In this document: positions 1 to 10,900 of the stretch, one piece after another | Layout of the letters: the number at the start of each line of letters is the position of its first letter | Numbering within the stretch: the stretch's first letter is position 1 | Source: Candidatus Omnitrophota bacterium | GTDB lineage: Bacteria > Omnitrophota > Gorgyraeia > Gygaellales > Profunditerraquicolaceae | Direction of reading: 5' to 3' | Assembly: GCA_028717245.1 (NCBI GenBank) | Contig: JAQUOD010000002.1 | Span: forward strand, 12,772-76,771 | DNA length: 64,000 nucleotides | Position numbers and translations under genes: made by a program | The notes under the pieces: model-generated | Told to the model about the DNA's origin: nothing | What the model saw: the letters and a program-made list of their open reading frames with translations, nothing else | Databases searched by the model: none

Positions 1-28
1 AGATTATTATAGTGAAGTCAATTTATAG

Positions 29-346
29 GTGGCTCATGGAGGGATTATCGTGAGATCTGCTAAAGACAAGAAATTAATCAAAAACTTCCTGAAGAAATAT
101 CCTTTCCTGAAGAAAATGTGGCAGGAAAGAGAGGAGGTTTATGGTATAGCCTATGAAAAAGAACTCGGGATAGAAAAGAAATACAATAAAATCGCCAAAA
201 AAGCAGGCCTTAAAAGCGTTAACTTTGCTTACAGCGATTATTGCTTTGGTATAGACGTTAATGACATTAGGTCCTACGGTCAATGCCTAAAGAAAGGCCG
301 TATACTTTTGCATGAGCCTGATTTAATGGATGAAATTGGCCGTTAG
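29..346 (+). CDS. hypothetical Lys-rich protein, GTG start, no recognisable domain
   Basis: ORF track; in-frame stop at 26-28 directly upstream; 105 aa. Confidence 0.35.
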   Translation: MAHGGIIVRSAKDKKLIKNFLKKYPFLKKMWQEREEVYGIAYEKELGIEKKYNKIAKKAGLKSVNFAYSDYCFGIDVNDIRSYGQCLKKGRILLHEPDLMDEIGR

Positions 347-573
347 TTTAGATATCGGGCATTTATCGGGTTTTAAGTAGCAAATTTTCACGTCTTAGCT
401 GGACAATGGAGTTTCGCTTGGCTTTAGCGGGCAGGTAGCATACAACCTTGAAGGTTCTGTTTATTAACCAGTTCGGGCAGCCGATGTTGACAACTATCCG
501 AAACCCCGGGAAGTTTGATTATATAAAAGATTGCTGGAGTTTTAGTTCTTAGAGCGCTATAGTTTAAGGAAGA

Positions 574-1161
574 ATGAATAACCATAAAAATGTTTACATA
601 ATAGCCGGGCCTAATGGTTCAGGCAAGACTACATTTGCAAGAGAGTTTTTGCCCAACTATGCAAAATGTCCGAATTTCGTCAACGCTGATCTTATTGCGC
701 AAGGATTATCTCCATTTTCACCACAGCAGGTAGCGATTAAAGCCGGAAAGCTTGTTTTACAACAAGTAAGAGAATTTATGGACAGGAATATTGATTTTGG
801 CTTTGAAACTACTCTTGCAGGCAAAAGCTATTTAAGGCATTTTCGGAAGTTAAAAGAAAAAGGATACAGGCTTCATCTTTTCTTTCTATGGATACCGAGT
901 TCTAATCTAGCCATAGCTCGTATTAAAGATAGAGTCGCCGAAGGCGGGCATGATGTACCAAACGAGGATGTAAAAAGGCGATTTGAGAGAAGCATCGTTA
1001 ATTTCTTCAAGATATATCGTCCGTTACTAAATACATGGTTATTGTTTGATAATTCAGAGAAAAAACCCCGACTGATTGCGAAGAAGGATAATTCACATAT
1101 TGATGTCCGGAATGACATTTTGTTTCAGAAGATATTAAATAAAGCAGGAGCTAACTTATGA
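574..1161 (+). CDS. zeta-toxin/AAA_33-like P-loop NTPase (putative toxin-type kinase)
   Basis: Walker A GPNGSGKTT at N-terminus, ~195 aa, zeta-toxin-like size; stop overlaps next ORF as ATGA. Confidence 0.55.
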   Translation: MNNHKNVYIIAGPNGSGKTTFAREFLPNYAKCPNFVNADLIAQGLSPFSPQQVAIKAGKLVLQQVREFMDRNIDFGFETTLAGKSYLRHFRKLKEKGYRLHLFFLWIPSSNLAIARIKDRVAEGGHDVPNEDVKRRFERSIVNFFKIYRPLLNTWLLFDNSEKKPRLIAKKDNSHIDVRNDILFQKILNKAGANL

Positions 1162-1301
1162 GAAAACGACTAACATTGCATGAGAAAGCTGAACTTGCCA
1201 TGAAAGAAGCGGTGAAGAAGGTAGTAGCGCAACATAAAAAAGATGGCCGTCCGCTTGCGGTATGGGAGAATGGTAAGGTAAAAAAGATAGAAGCAAATTG
1301 A
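1158..1301 (+). CDS. small basic protein (47 aa) translationally coupled to the NTPase; possible cognate antitoxin/partner
   Basis: ATG at 1158 overlapping TGA of upstream gene (ATGA); translated MRKRLTLHEKAELAMKEAVKK...GRPLAVWENGKVKKIEAN; below ORF-track size cut-off. Confidence 0.3.
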   Translation: MRKRLTLHEKAELAMKEAVKKVVAQHKKDGRPLAVWENGKVKKIEAN

Positions 1302-1361
1302 GGCTCAGGCGAACCATGAGCATGTTTCGGTAGGATGAACCTCGCTACTTAAGGAGCGTTT

Positions 1362-1688
1362 ATGAGTATAGAGAGATTAAAATGCTATGATTGCGGTTGT
1401 CATCTTAAACGCAAGAAAGCCATAGAACGTTCCGTTATGGATGAACTTGGGAATAATGTTTTTCGCATATTCTGTAGTAGTTGTGCAAAAAAGCGAGGTT
1501 TATCCAAAATAAATGAAAATAAAACAATAAAGATTCTAAAATCAGTTGTCAGATTAGCTATAGTTATTATTCCGGTTATTTTCTGGCGTTGGTTTGAGAA
1601 TGATACTCGTGGCTGGGGAGGCGGTATACTTACAGTCGGAGCACTGGTTATAATCTTTTTGTTCATGTTATACGATGGCTTAAAATGA
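1362..1688 (+). CDS. zinc-ribbon (CxxC..CxxC) protein with C-terminal transmembrane helices
   Basis: CYDCGC...CSSC motif then two hydrophobic segments; ORF track. Confidence 0.45.
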   Translation: MSIERLKCYDCGCHLKRKKAIERSVMDELGNNVFRIFCSSCAKKRGLSKINENKTIKILKSVVRLAIVIIPVIFWRWFENDTRGWGGGILTVGALVIIFLFMLYDGLK

Positions 1689-1953
1689 GCTCTTGGTTTT
1701 TGGTTGTCATTTAGGTTGTCAATTGGTTGTTGATTAGGTTGATGATTTTAAGCTGGACAGCCGCCCAAATAGATAAAACCGCCTTTACCCCGGTGGACAG
1801 TCATTTTGATAATCAACTGGTAATATTGATGTTGTGGGGTGCGGTGGGAGACAACTCTGGGTAGCCACTTAGACGTCTTATTGTGCGGTTGAATTACGGA
1901 AAGTTTGTTATTTGAGCTTTAAGGGCGGTTAAAACAAATATATAAAATTTTTC

Positions 1954-1982
1954 TTGCAATACTTGTATAACAATGTTATACT
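1954..1982 (+). promoter_or_regulatory. sigma70-like promoter (TTGCAA-17-TATACT) containing operator palindrome GTATAACAATGTTATAC for the RelBE-type operon
   Basis: -35/-10 spacing 17 nt; perfect 7-bp inverted repeat 1964-1980; AAGGAGG RBS at 1991. Confidence 0.45.
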
Positions 1983-2006
1983 TATATTGTAAGGAGGAAT
2001 GAATAG

Positions 2007-2225
2007 ATGACTATATTAAAAGCCTTTCGTTTACCGGTTGGGTTGGTAAATAGGCTGTCTAGCCTGGCAAAAGCCACGCACCGCAGCGAAAAATTTTATG
2101 TTGCTGAGGCCTTAGCCCATTATTTGGAGGATTACGCCGATGCGCAAATTGCCAAAGACCGCTTTAACGACCCCAAATCAAAAATTATCACTGGCACAGA
2201 GCTAAGGAAACAGCTTGGTGTATAA
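2007..2225 (+). CDS. ribbon-helix-helix antitoxin (RelB/ParD/CopG family)
   Basis: 72 aa; N-terminal RHH-like KAFRLPVGLVNRL; stop overlaps toxin start. Confidence 0.7.
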   Translation: MTILKAFRLPVGLVNRLSSLAKATHRSEKFYVAEALAHYLEDYADAQIAKDRFNDPKSKIITGTELRKQLGV

Positions 2226-2475
2226 AGTCGCCTATCTTGATTCGGTTGAAGAAGACCTTAAGGGGCTCGATAGGCCTACGGTTAAAAAGATTCTTGCCCG
2301 TATTGAAACTTATCTTGCGCAAGACCCTAAAGGATTGGGAAAACCATTAAAAGGGGAGTTTCAGGGATACTGGCGATACCGCTGGGGGGATTACCGCGTT
2401 ATCTACAGAATAGCGGAACGTGAGATTTTAATTATTATCTTACGTATTAGCCATAGAAAAGAAGTTTATACTTAG
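2215..2475 (+). CDS. type II toxin RelE/ParE family
   Basis: 86 aa; ...RYRWGDYRVIYRI...ILRISHRKEVY signature; TTG start overlapping antitoxin stop. Confidence 0.75.
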   Translation: MVYKVAYLDSVEEDLKGLDRPTVKKILARIETYLAQDPKGLGKPLKGEFQGYWRYRWGDYRVIYRIAEREILIIILRISHRKEVYT

Positions 2476-2610
2476 TTTCTTAAATTTGCCCGGTTAAAAG
2501 ACGGATTTTCACATGTCGCTTGAAGTCTTGGGTCATTTTTAGCCTGTTTCCAAGCCATAAAAGCGCGCAGTCAGACGTCAATCCGGGTAGCCCAATAAGA
2601 GAAATATAAT

Positions 2611-2691
2611 GCGCGGGTGGTGGAATGGCAGACACGCTACTTTGAGGGGGTAGTGGGGCAACCCGTGAGAGTTCAAGTCTCTCCCCGCGCA
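2611..2691 (+). tRNA. tRNA-Leu (anticodon GAG), long variable arm, CCA not encoded
   Basis: Acceptor GCGCGGG/CCCGCGC, anticodon loop TTGAGGG, T-arm GAGAG-TTCAAGT-CTCTC, type II variable arm. Confidence 0.8.
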
Positions 2692-2719
2692 CTAAATTAT
2701 AGGGATTAACCCCAAAAAT

Positions 2720-2762
2720 AAACCCGCTATATTATGTACCACTGATAGCGGGTTTATTTTTT
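2720..2762. terminator. bidirectional rho-independent terminator (AAACCCGCTAT...ATAGCGGGTTT flanked by A/T runs)
   Basis: 11-bp stem; T-run on plus strand after tRNA-Leu; A-run on the other side serves minus-strand GGDEF gene. Confidence 0.6.
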
Positions 2763-2772
2763 AAAATCCCTT

Positions 2773-3705
2773 CTATTTACGCTTATCTTTTACGTAGTTA
2801 CTCCTCTCCAAACTCTTGGCATAGGATTTTAATTCCGCGCCGATCTCGCCTATCTGAGCCACGTGCTCTATCTTGCGGGATTCGTTTGTGACTACCCCGA
2901 TAGATATGGATACCAAAGGCATTTTTTCTTCTTTTCCCCGCCGGTCGTGGCCGATGATATAACCATTCTTCCTGTCCTTTTCATTATAGAAGGAGGGGGC
3001 TGTCTTTTCAAAATCAGCGATTATCCTTTTACAGAGGTTATCCGCGGTATCAGGCGTAGTAACGATTACAAAATCATCGCCGCCTATATGGCCGATGAAA
3101 TCGTCAGGGTGGCCGAGGTCATGCGTCGCCTGTATTAATATGCGCGCGGTCTGGCGGATTACCTCGTCGCCATGCTCAAAGCCGTAAGTGTCGTTATATG
3201 TCTTAAACTTGTCTAAGTCCAGGTAGCAGACAGCGAAGGGGGCCTTGTTTTCTATGCGGCGGGAAAGTTCATTGAGTATGGAGACATTACCCGGCAGGCG
3301 CGTTAGAGGATTTGCCTCCAGGTCTATTTCCGTGCGCCTTAATACCATATGAATACGGGCTAAGAGTTCTTTAGGCTCAAAAGGCTTGACGATATAATCA
3401 TCCGCGCCGGCGTTAATACCGCCTACCTTGTCGTCTATTTCGCCTTTGCCGGTGACCATGATGATGGGCAAATGCCGTAAAAGTATATCTTTTTTGACTT
3501 CTGCGCAGACCTGGCGGCCGTTCATCTTAGGCATATTGTAATCAAGCAGGACAAGATCCAGCGGTTTAGACCTGATGATGCGCATGGCCTCTTCCCCATC
3601 TTTGGCCTTTAAGATTTCGTAATTCTCCTCGGAGAGGGTGATCTCCAGTACATCCAGGATATCGGGGTCATCATCCGCAAGTAATACTTTCGGTTTAGGC
3701 ACCAA
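2773..3705 (-). CDS. response regulator, REC + GGDEF diguanylate cyclase domain (motif variant GGDDF)
   Basis: N-terminal LLADDD...DYNMP receiver; C-terminal GGDEF-family domain with HIGGDDF. Confidence 0.85.
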   Translation of the reverse strand: MVPKPKVLLADDDPDILDVLEITLSEENYEILKAKDGEEAMRIIRSKPLDLVLLDYNMPKMNGRQVCAEVKKDILLRHLPIIMVTGKGEIDDKVGGINAGADDYIVKPFEPKELLARIHMVLRRTEIDLEANPLTRLPGNVSILNELSRRIENKAPFAVCYLDLDKFKTYNDTYGFEHGDEVIRQTARILIQATHDLGHPDDFIGHIGGDDFVIVTTPDTADNLCKRIIADFEKTAPSFYNEKDRKNGYIIGHDRRGKEEKMPLVSISIGVVTNESRKIEHVAQIGEIGAELKSYAKSLERSNYVKDKRK

Positions 3706-3711
3706 GCCTCC

Positions 3712-5205
3712 TTATGCTAACGGCAGGGTAAAGCTAAAAGTGCTTCCTTTACCCGCTTTACTTTCTACCCAAATCTTTCCATTATGCGCTTCAATAATAT
3801 GCTTTACCAGAGACAGCCCTAACCCCGTGCCTTTGACCTGTTGGTTTATGGCATTATCTACACGGTAAAATTCCTCGAATAACTTAGGAAGCGCATCTTC
3901 AGGTATGCCTACTCCCGTATCGGATATATCCACCTGCACCATTTTATCTTTAGTGTATGCCTTGACGGTTATCCTTCCGTTATCAGGAGTAAATTTGACT
4001 GCATTACTCAGGAGGTTGATGAATACGCGCTCTATCTGGTCGTGGTCCGCCAAAACAAGGGGCAGGCCTTTCTGCACGTCCTGGGTGAGCTTGATATTTT
4101 TATTTTTAGATTGTATTGAGACCAGATCAGAGGCAGCGGCAAGGATGTCTTTTAAGTCCTGCCCCTGCATCTTCATTACTATCCTGCCGGATTCAATGCG
4201 GGCAATATCCAAAAGGTCATTGACCATGTGCACCAGCTCGTCGCTGTGGCGGTTGATTTTTTCCAGGCGTTCTTTCGCCTCGCTAGGCAAATGCCCCAGC
4301 TTTTCAGCGATAAGTATAGCCGCGTAGCCCTTGATAGAAGTGAGGGGGGTCCTTAATTCGTGCGAGACGCTGGAGATAAAATCATTTTTGCGTTTGCTCA
4401 CCTTTTTTATCGCCTCCATAGCCAAAGTCAATTCGCGCGTCCTTTCCTCTACTTTTTTCTCCAGTTCCTGCTGCGCGTTCCAGGTCTTTTCAAATAAACG
4501 GGCGTTTTCCAGCGCCTGGCCGATTTGATTGCTCAAGATGGTAATTAATTCTTCGTCTCCTTCGTTGACGGAGACGTCTGTATTCTCCGTACCCACAAGC
4601 AAGAACCCCTTATTTGCCTCTTTGGCCAGGATAGGCGCTATTACAAAGGAGTCCACCTTAAAGGCCTCGTTTATTTTTTGCCCAAAGGCAATATCTTTAG
4701 ATAACGAGACAGAGGAGAATGCCCTTTCTTTTTTTATCAAATCCAGGTAATTATCTTTATCGGAGTTCACCGTCTGTTGGATTGCCCCGATTTCATCTGC
4801 CGCGTAACCGATATTCAGGCGCAGGGTGAATTTATTTTCTTTTTCGTCCCACAATAAGCCGCAGGCCTTTTCAAAGCCCAATTCCTCAAAAGAAGTCTTC
4901 TCGATGCGCATAAAGATCTGGCTTTCTTCTAGGGTGGTGCTGATTGTCCGGGACAGCCTCTGCAGGGCGTAAAGGCCGGTTATTTTTTTATCCAGTTCTT
5001 CCTGGGCTTTGTTGAGTTCCATATCCGTGCGCACAACCAGCTTAGCCTGCTCGTCCATTTCTTCCAGGGATTTCTTCAGCTGGCCCACAATTATCTGCAG
5101 TTGCTTGACCTTTTCTGTCTTCAGGAAGACGGCGATAACGAGAGAAACAATAGCCAGCAAACCTGCCAGCACGAATATGTTTAAGAAGAGGCCCGGGTTA
5201 TCCAT
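3712..5205 (-). CDS. sensor histidine kinase (TM, GAF-like, HisKA, HATPase_c)
   Basis: SHELRTPL H-box, N/G1/G2 boxes, N-terminal TM helix. Confidence 0.85.
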   Translation of the reverse strand: MDNPGLFLNIFVLAGLLAIVSLVIAVFLKTEKVKQLQIIVGQLKKSLEEMDEQAKLVVRTDMELNKAQEELDKKITGLYALQRLSRTISTTLEESQIFMRIEKTSFEELGFEKACGLLWDEKENKFTLRLNIGYAADEIGAIQQTVNSDKDNYLDLIKKERAFSSVSLSKDIAFGQKINEAFKVDSFVIAPILAKEANKGFLLVGTENTDVSVNEGDEELITILSNQIGQALENARLFEKTWNAQQELEKKVEERTRELTLAMEAIKKVSKRKNDFISSVSHELRTPLTSIKGYAAILIAEKLGHLPSEAKERLEKINRHSDELVHMVNDLLDIARIESGRIVMKMQGQDLKDILAAASDLVSIQSKNKNIKLTQDVQKGLPLVLADHDQIERVFINLLSNAVKFTPDNGRITVKAYTKDKMVQVDISDTGVGIPEDALPKLFEEFYRVDNAINQQVKGTGLGLSLVKHIIEAHNGKIWVESKAGKGSTFSFTLPLA

Positions 5206-5212
5206 TTTTTCT

Positions 5213-6418
5213 CTAGCCCCCGACGTTTAGAATAGCAATAGCCTGATTATGAAAATATGCCTGGCCCTGGTAACGGATTGCCCTTAAGGGCGCCTGTTCG
5301 CCGTAAGTATAGAGGCCGATTACAGGCGTGTTTTTGCCGAAACCTTCCTTAATGATTTCCAGTTCTAAGGGCGCATCCCTTCTTAATAACATATACCTGG
5401 AGGCCGAGTTAAAGACCAGGATAAAATTTTTTATACCACTCTTCTCCATAGGGCTGGATGAGAGTTTTTTGGCTTCTTCTACTGCCTTTCGGGTCGCAGC
5501 CAGGCAGGATTCTTTTGTGCCGATCATTAATTTTATGGAGCTGCCTTCGGTGATATTGCCCTGCAGGCGCAATGACCCGCTATCGCCTATAGAAAGGACG
5601 TTCCTTAAGATACACTCTTCTTCCTGGGGCATGTCTATGCCTATCGGATAGAGCATGGAGATACGTTTTATTTCCTGGCGTAGCTCGGCTATATTCTTTG
5701 CCAGGTATTCTTCATAGAGCATAGCTGCCGGCCGTTCGTCTATTTCATAAATGATATTGCCTTCTGATTTAGTGACGGTATGGGGTTTACCCAGGCCTTT
5801 CCAGCCATGCCTTAAGCCTAAGCCAAAATTTAATTTTCCGCCCCAGAGTATCCCTGCTGCGGCGTCACTGAGGAGCTCCCGGTTGAAATACAAATAGGTC
5901 TTTAAGAAACGCATATCATCCGAGGCAGAAGCGCCTACTAAGGGTAAACTCCTGCCTAATCTTTCCTGCATTCCGCAGAGCAGCCCGGAACAGTCATCTA
6001 TTAAACCGTCGGAAAAAACTACGCCGAAGCACCTGCGCACATTACGGAAACCATATCCTAATTGTTCGCCCAGTTCCCTCCCGGCATTCAGGGAGCCCTT
6101 TGTTTTTATATCCCTGACGCAGGCAGTGTTAAAATAGACGTTGTCGGAGAAACTTAAAAGCATGATTACCAGGCCGTGTTTAAATATGCCCTGATTAGAA
6201 ATTATGGCTGCGCTGCTACAGCCTAAAAGCGGCACCTCCCCTAAAGAAATACTCAGGGCTTTTAATAAATTAACAGAAGAGAAATTTATAGAGCTGAATA
6301 CAATGGCTAAGTCGATTTTTTCGCTGGCCAGATTATAAGTAGCTGATCTCAGGGCTTCTTTAACGGCGAGGGCAGGGTTCTTTTCTGTGCTTAAGCCCAC
6401 GCCTACATTCATTCCCAT
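5213..6418 (-). CDS. FIST (FIST_N + FIST_C) sensory domain protein, first gene of FIST-HK-RR operon
   Basis: 401 aa, FIST-like architecture; tightly linked to the HK. Confidence 0.6.
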   Translation of the reverse strand: MGMNVGVGLSTEKNPALAVKEALRSATYNLASEKIDLAIVFSSINFSSVNLLKALSISLGEVPLLGCSSAAIISNQGIFKHGLVIMLLSFSDNVYFNTACVRDIKTKGSLNAGRELGEQLGYGFRNVRRCFGVVFSDGLIDDCSGLLCGMQERLGRSLPLVGASASDDMRFLKTYLYFNRELLSDAAAGILWGGKLNFGLGLRHGWKGLGKPHTVTKSEGNIIYEIDERPAAMLYEEYLAKNIAELRQEIKRISMLYPIGIDMPQEEECILRNVLSIGDSGSLRLQGNITEGSSIKLMIGTKESCLAATRKAVEEAKKLSSSPMEKSGIKNFILVFNSASRYMLLRRDAPLELEIIKEGFGKNTPVIGLYTYGEQAPLRAIRYQGQAYFHNQAIAILNVGG

Positions 6419-6473
6419 AGAATAAATTTATTGACTTGCCAAAACTCTTAAATTACAATAAAGACAAATTTAC

Positions 6474-6548
6474 GGCCCCATCGTCTAGCCCGGTCTAGGA
6501 CGCTTGGTTCTCAGCCAATAAACAGGGGTTCAAATCCCCTTGGGGCTA
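6474..6548 (+). tRNA. tRNA-Glu (anticodon CUC), CCA not encoded
   Basis: Close to canonical bacterial tRNA-Glu (TCGTCTAG D-region, AGGGGTTCAAATCCCCT T-arm); anticodon loop TTCTCAG. Confidence 0.8.
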
Positions 6549-6699
6549 AGTATTATTCACCTCGGTTCCCCGCCTACGCACCTTGAATTTACTTCGTAAA
6601 ACGCTATGGTGTGCTTCGGCGGGTCCGCCGTAGCCCATCAAAGCCAAGAATGTAATCTACCAAAGAGCGAAGGCGGAAAATCCGGTTGGGGCTATTACG

Positions 6700-7965
6700 T
6701 TAAAAAGCAGATTCTTCTATTCCTTCTATTCTTACCGCAGCATTATCTTTAAGCTCGCCGCGCGTTTCCATAACCACAAAATCCCCGGACTTCAGGCCTT
6801 TGGTAACCTGGACATAGTCGCTGGTCATATAGCCGGTATTTACGCGCCGCAACTCTACAATCCCTGTTTGTGAGCCATCCTCAGGCCTTGTTGTTGATTC
6901 CTGGGGTATAACCGGAAGCAAGGTCTTACCTTTTTCAGAGGGTATAAGGCTGGTTACAGGAATAATCAAGGCATTCTTTAATTCAATGATGAGTATTTCC
7001 GCCCGGCTGAACATCCCCGGGAATAAGAGGCCGTTTGGGTTAGGGACTTTGATTTTGGCAGTAAGGGTCCGGCTTTTACCTTCTACCACAGGGAATATGC
7101 TGTCTACCCTTCCTTCAAAGGTAACATCGGGATTAGCGTCAACATAAACCTTGGCTTTTTGGCCTAATTTTATTTTATTGATGTCCCGCTCTACCACCCC
7201 TACTTCTACAAAGACCTCGCTGATTTCCAAGAGCGAACCGATTTTATCCTGGGGCGTGACAAATTCCCCTTCTTCTTTTTCGCGGGGCCCCATCACGCCG
7301 TCGGTATTGGCATAAAGCAGGGTTTTATTCAGTTCGTTTTCCGCTAATTCGGTTTCGCTTTTTGTGGTTTCCAATTGAAACCCGGCGCTCTTGCACTCTA
7401 AAGTTACCTCTTCCAGTTTTGATTTAATGATTGCCCCTGCTTCATAGAGTTTTTTCTGCACCTCTAATTTTTTCTGGATGGAGTTATAAGCTGCTTCGGC
7501 TGCGTTAAATTTATTTTTGGCATAGGCGAGCCGTAACTGCGCGTCCTTAGGGTCTAATGAGGCAATGAGGCCGCCTTTTTTGATTTTTTCTCCTTCCCGG
7601 AAATAAATTTTTTCTATTACGCCGTTAACCTCAAACTTAAGCCCGATCTCGGTCTTGCCTTTGACCGTGCCCATCACGGGCAGGGTATCCTGAAAATCGG
7701 CACTCCTTACTTCAAATACCCTTACCGGGATAGGCCCGGTTTCAGCGGGCGGATTTGGGGGGATATCTTTTTCAGCCGCCTTCTCTAAAGGAGTTATTTC
7801 TTTTTTAGGCGCCGCCTCCGGTTGGGTTTGTTTCTGAGTTACCGTCGGGACCGCGGCCTTTTCCTTGGATAACTTAGCGCCGGTCTTTAACATGCCCCAG
7901 CCGATAAAGACAATCCAGAAGAGGAGGAATGCGGTAATTAAGATATGCGTCTTTTGGAGATTCAT
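6700..7965 (-). CDS. RND efflux periplasmic adaptor (membrane fusion protein, HlyD-like)
   Basis: N-terminal TM, coiled-coil, biotinyl/beta-barrel adaptor regions; overlaps RND gene by 4 bp. Confidence 0.85.
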   Translation of the reverse strand: MNLQKTHILITAFLLFWIVFIGWGMLKTGAKLSKEKAAVPTVTQKQTQPEAAPKKEITPLEKAAEKDIPPNPPAETGPIPVRVFEVRSADFQDTLPVMGTVKGKTEIGLKFEVNGVIEKIYFREGEKIKKGGLIASLDPKDAQLRLAYAKNKFNAAEAAYNSIQKKLEVQKKLYEAGAIIKSKLEEVTLECKSAGFQLETTKSETELAENELNKTLLYANTDGVMGPREKEEGEFVTPQDKIGSLLEISEVFVEVGVVERDINKIKLGQKAKVYVDANPDVTFEGRVDSIFPVVEGKSRTLTAKIKVPNPNGLLFPGMFSRAEILIIELKNALIIPVTSLIPSEKGKTLLPVIPQESTTRPEDGSQTGIVELRRVNTGYMTSDYVQVTKGLKSGDFVVMETRGELKDNAAVRIEGIEESAF

Positions 7966-10900
7966 AATACCTCCCTAATTAATTGCAGGTCTTTAAATGC
8001 CAGATAAATACAAGGGATGACAAATAAGGTTAAAAATGTAGATAGCGTTAATCCTCCGATTACCGTGATTGCCAAAGGCGACCAGAGGCTGGAAGACTCG
8101 CTTTTATCTAAGGCCATAGGTATGAGCCCCAGTATGGTAGTCAGGGAGGTCATCATGATGGGCCTTAGCCTGTCATATGAGGCAATAACCATTGCCTCCT
8201 GGATGCCTTTTTTTGTGGGGTAATCAACAGGATGTTTGCGCCTTAAGAAGTTAACCCGGTCAACCAAAACAATCGCATTATTTACTACGATGCCGCCTAA
8301 CATAATCGCCCCGATGAGGACGCCGGTGCCGACGGGGATATCAGCCAGCCTTAAGGCAATGACTGCTCCTATTGCCGCCAAAGGCACGGTCATCAGGATA
8401 ATAAAGGGCTGGCTGAAAGATTCAAAGAGGCTGGCCAGGATCATATATACCAGGATTAAACTTAAAATAAGCGCGAAGCCAAGTTCCCTTTGATTGCGTA
8501 TCATTTTATCATAATTACCGCCAAATTGCCAAAAATAATCGTTGGGGAATTTTGATTCCTTTAATGCCTCCTTTACTTTATCCGCTGCCGTGCCCAGGGC
8601 TAGCCCGCCGGTATTGGCGCTCACCTGAACCATACGGGCTTTATTTTTTCTCCAGATTTCACTCGGGCCTATGCCGCTTTTTAAATCGGCCACCTGCGAT
8701 AAATATATCTGCTCTCCTTTATAATTGATTAAACCGATCCTGCGCAGGTCTTCGAAATTCCTGCGGTATTTTTCTTCAAGGCGCACAATGGTTTCGGTTT
8801 CTTCTCCCTCTGTTTTATCTTTCCCGCCGTAACGCGTGGCGACTAACCCCCGCATATAGGTATGCAAAGCCAGGGCGATATCTTCCACGGACATACCGGA
8901 CATCGCCGCCTGCCTTTTATTAATATTTAAATGCATCTCAGGCCTGCCTTCGCGCATCCTTATTTTGGTATCCGTAAAATCAGGGATAGACTGCATCCTC
9001 TGGGCGGTCTCTACTGCCAGGCCCTTCAGGACGTCATAATCATAACCGTAGAGCTCGATAAGTATTTCTTTGGTGCCGATCTCTTCGGATTCTTCATAAT
9101 AGATGAAGGCCGGGTCTAAATTATCCGTAAAGGGGCGCAGCTCATTAATAATCTGGGCAGTAGGTTTTTTTCTTTTGCTCAAAGGGAGGAGTTCCACATA
9201 AATTTTACTTGACCAAGGCTCCACCTTACTGGTCGCGTTTTTTATCTGAGGCAAGCCAGAGATATATTTTTCTACCTGGGCAACAACTTTATCCGATATC
9301 TCTAATTTTGTCCCCGTCGGCAGTTCAATAAATATGGTAAACTTATTCTGCTCGGCAATACCGATAAACTCCTTCTCTAATTTTTTATATTCCCGCAAGG
9401 CATATAGAGAGCCTAAAATGACGAGGAGGATTATAATATAGCGTAGAGAAAGGCAGACAGAGACGGCCTTTTTATAAAAAGTTTCAAATTTTCCGGCCAC
9501 AAAAAGCGGCAGGGGCTGGGCAGCCGGAATTTTTGTTTGAGATGTAAGGGCATCTTCAGTCTGCGCGGCGGGAACTTTTATTTTCAACCTGGCTGCCAGC
9601 ATCGGCACTAAGGTTAAGGCCGCTAAAAGCGAAGCCAGCAGCGAATAAGTAATGGTCAGGGCAATGCCGCTATAAAGCATCCGGATTTCAGGATTGATGA
9701 ACACCAGCGGCAGGAATATGATGATAGTAGTGAAGGTAGAAGCAGTGATGGCCAGAAACATTTCATCCGCGCCGCTTATCGCCAGTTCCTTCACTGTTTC
9801 CTTTGCCTTATTTTCCAGAAATATCTGCGCTAATTTGTCCTTGTCATTCAATAAGGCATCCCTTTTTTTCAGGATATTATCCAGAACGACAATAGCGCAG
9901 TCTACCAGCATCCCTACGCCCAAAGCCAGGCCGCTTAAGGTCATCACATTTAAGGTGAGCTTGCTGAAAAACATGAGCGAGAAAGTGCACAGGATGGAGA
10001 GGGGGATGCTTACGGCGATAATGAGATTGATGTTTAGGCTCCTTAAGAAGACAAAGAGAATTAAAAATGCAAGCACCGCGCCGATACCTAAGGAGCGTTG
10101 GACCTGATTTACTGCCTGCTGGATAGTCTCTGCTTGATTAAAAGTAGGGGTTACGTTTATGTCCTTCTCCAGGATCGGCCTTAATTTTTTTAGCTCTTTA
10201 TTTATTAAGTTTGATATCTTGACCGTGTTTGCCGTAGACTCCTTCTGCACATAAATAGAGACTACCGGCTGGGCGTTTAGCCTGGCGTAGGCTACCGGCT
10301 CTAAATAAGAATCTTTGATTTCGGCGACATCCCTTAACCGGACCACCGAACCCTCTTTTGTGGTAGCAATGGCTAAATCCCTGATTTCATCTAAGTTTTG
10401 GAATTCTCCGATAGTCCGGACTAAGTATTTATCCTTTACCCGTTTTATTTCACCCGCCAATAGGTTGGCATTATTAATATTAATGGTATCTACTACCCGG
10501 TTTATCGCCAGGCCGTAGGCCTGGAGCTTATACTGGTCTACTTCCACCAGTATTTTTCTTTCCCTTCCGCCGGCTACCTCAGCCCGGGCAACCCCTTCGA
10601 TACGCTGGATGCGGTCTTTTATCTTTTCATCGACAATCTTGCGTAATTCCTCCGGCGAGCGGATATCGCTGGTTACCGCCAGGATCATAATCGGCACATC
10701 CATATATTCGTATTTTGCGATTATGGGTTTTTCGATTTCCGGCGGCAATTTGTTTCTGATGCGGTTGAACTTCTCGCGCACCTCCAGGGCGGCAAAGTCC
10801 ATATTTGTGCCGGGCTCGAATTCCAGGATAACCGTGGCATTGCCTTCTTTGGAGATGGAGAGGGTATTTTTCAGGTGGGAGACGCTGCTGACTGCTTCTT

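Noticed and set aside
74-1666. Antisense ORFs 74-283(-), 873-1118(-) and 1400-1666(-)
   Set aside because: Each is fully nested antisense inside a better-supported plus-strand gene.
2480-2692. 70-aa minus-strand ORF
   Set aside because: It overlaps tRNA-Leu and its upstream region, and the translation is featureless. It is an artefact of the tRNA.
6549-6699. Possible small ncRNA between tRNA-Glu and the MFP gene (UUCG-type hairpin GCTTCGGC, GC-rich stems)
   Set aside because: It does not resemble SRP, 6S or tmRNA, and no terminator is present. The evidence is insufficient. Only the tRNA 3'-end duplication is reported.
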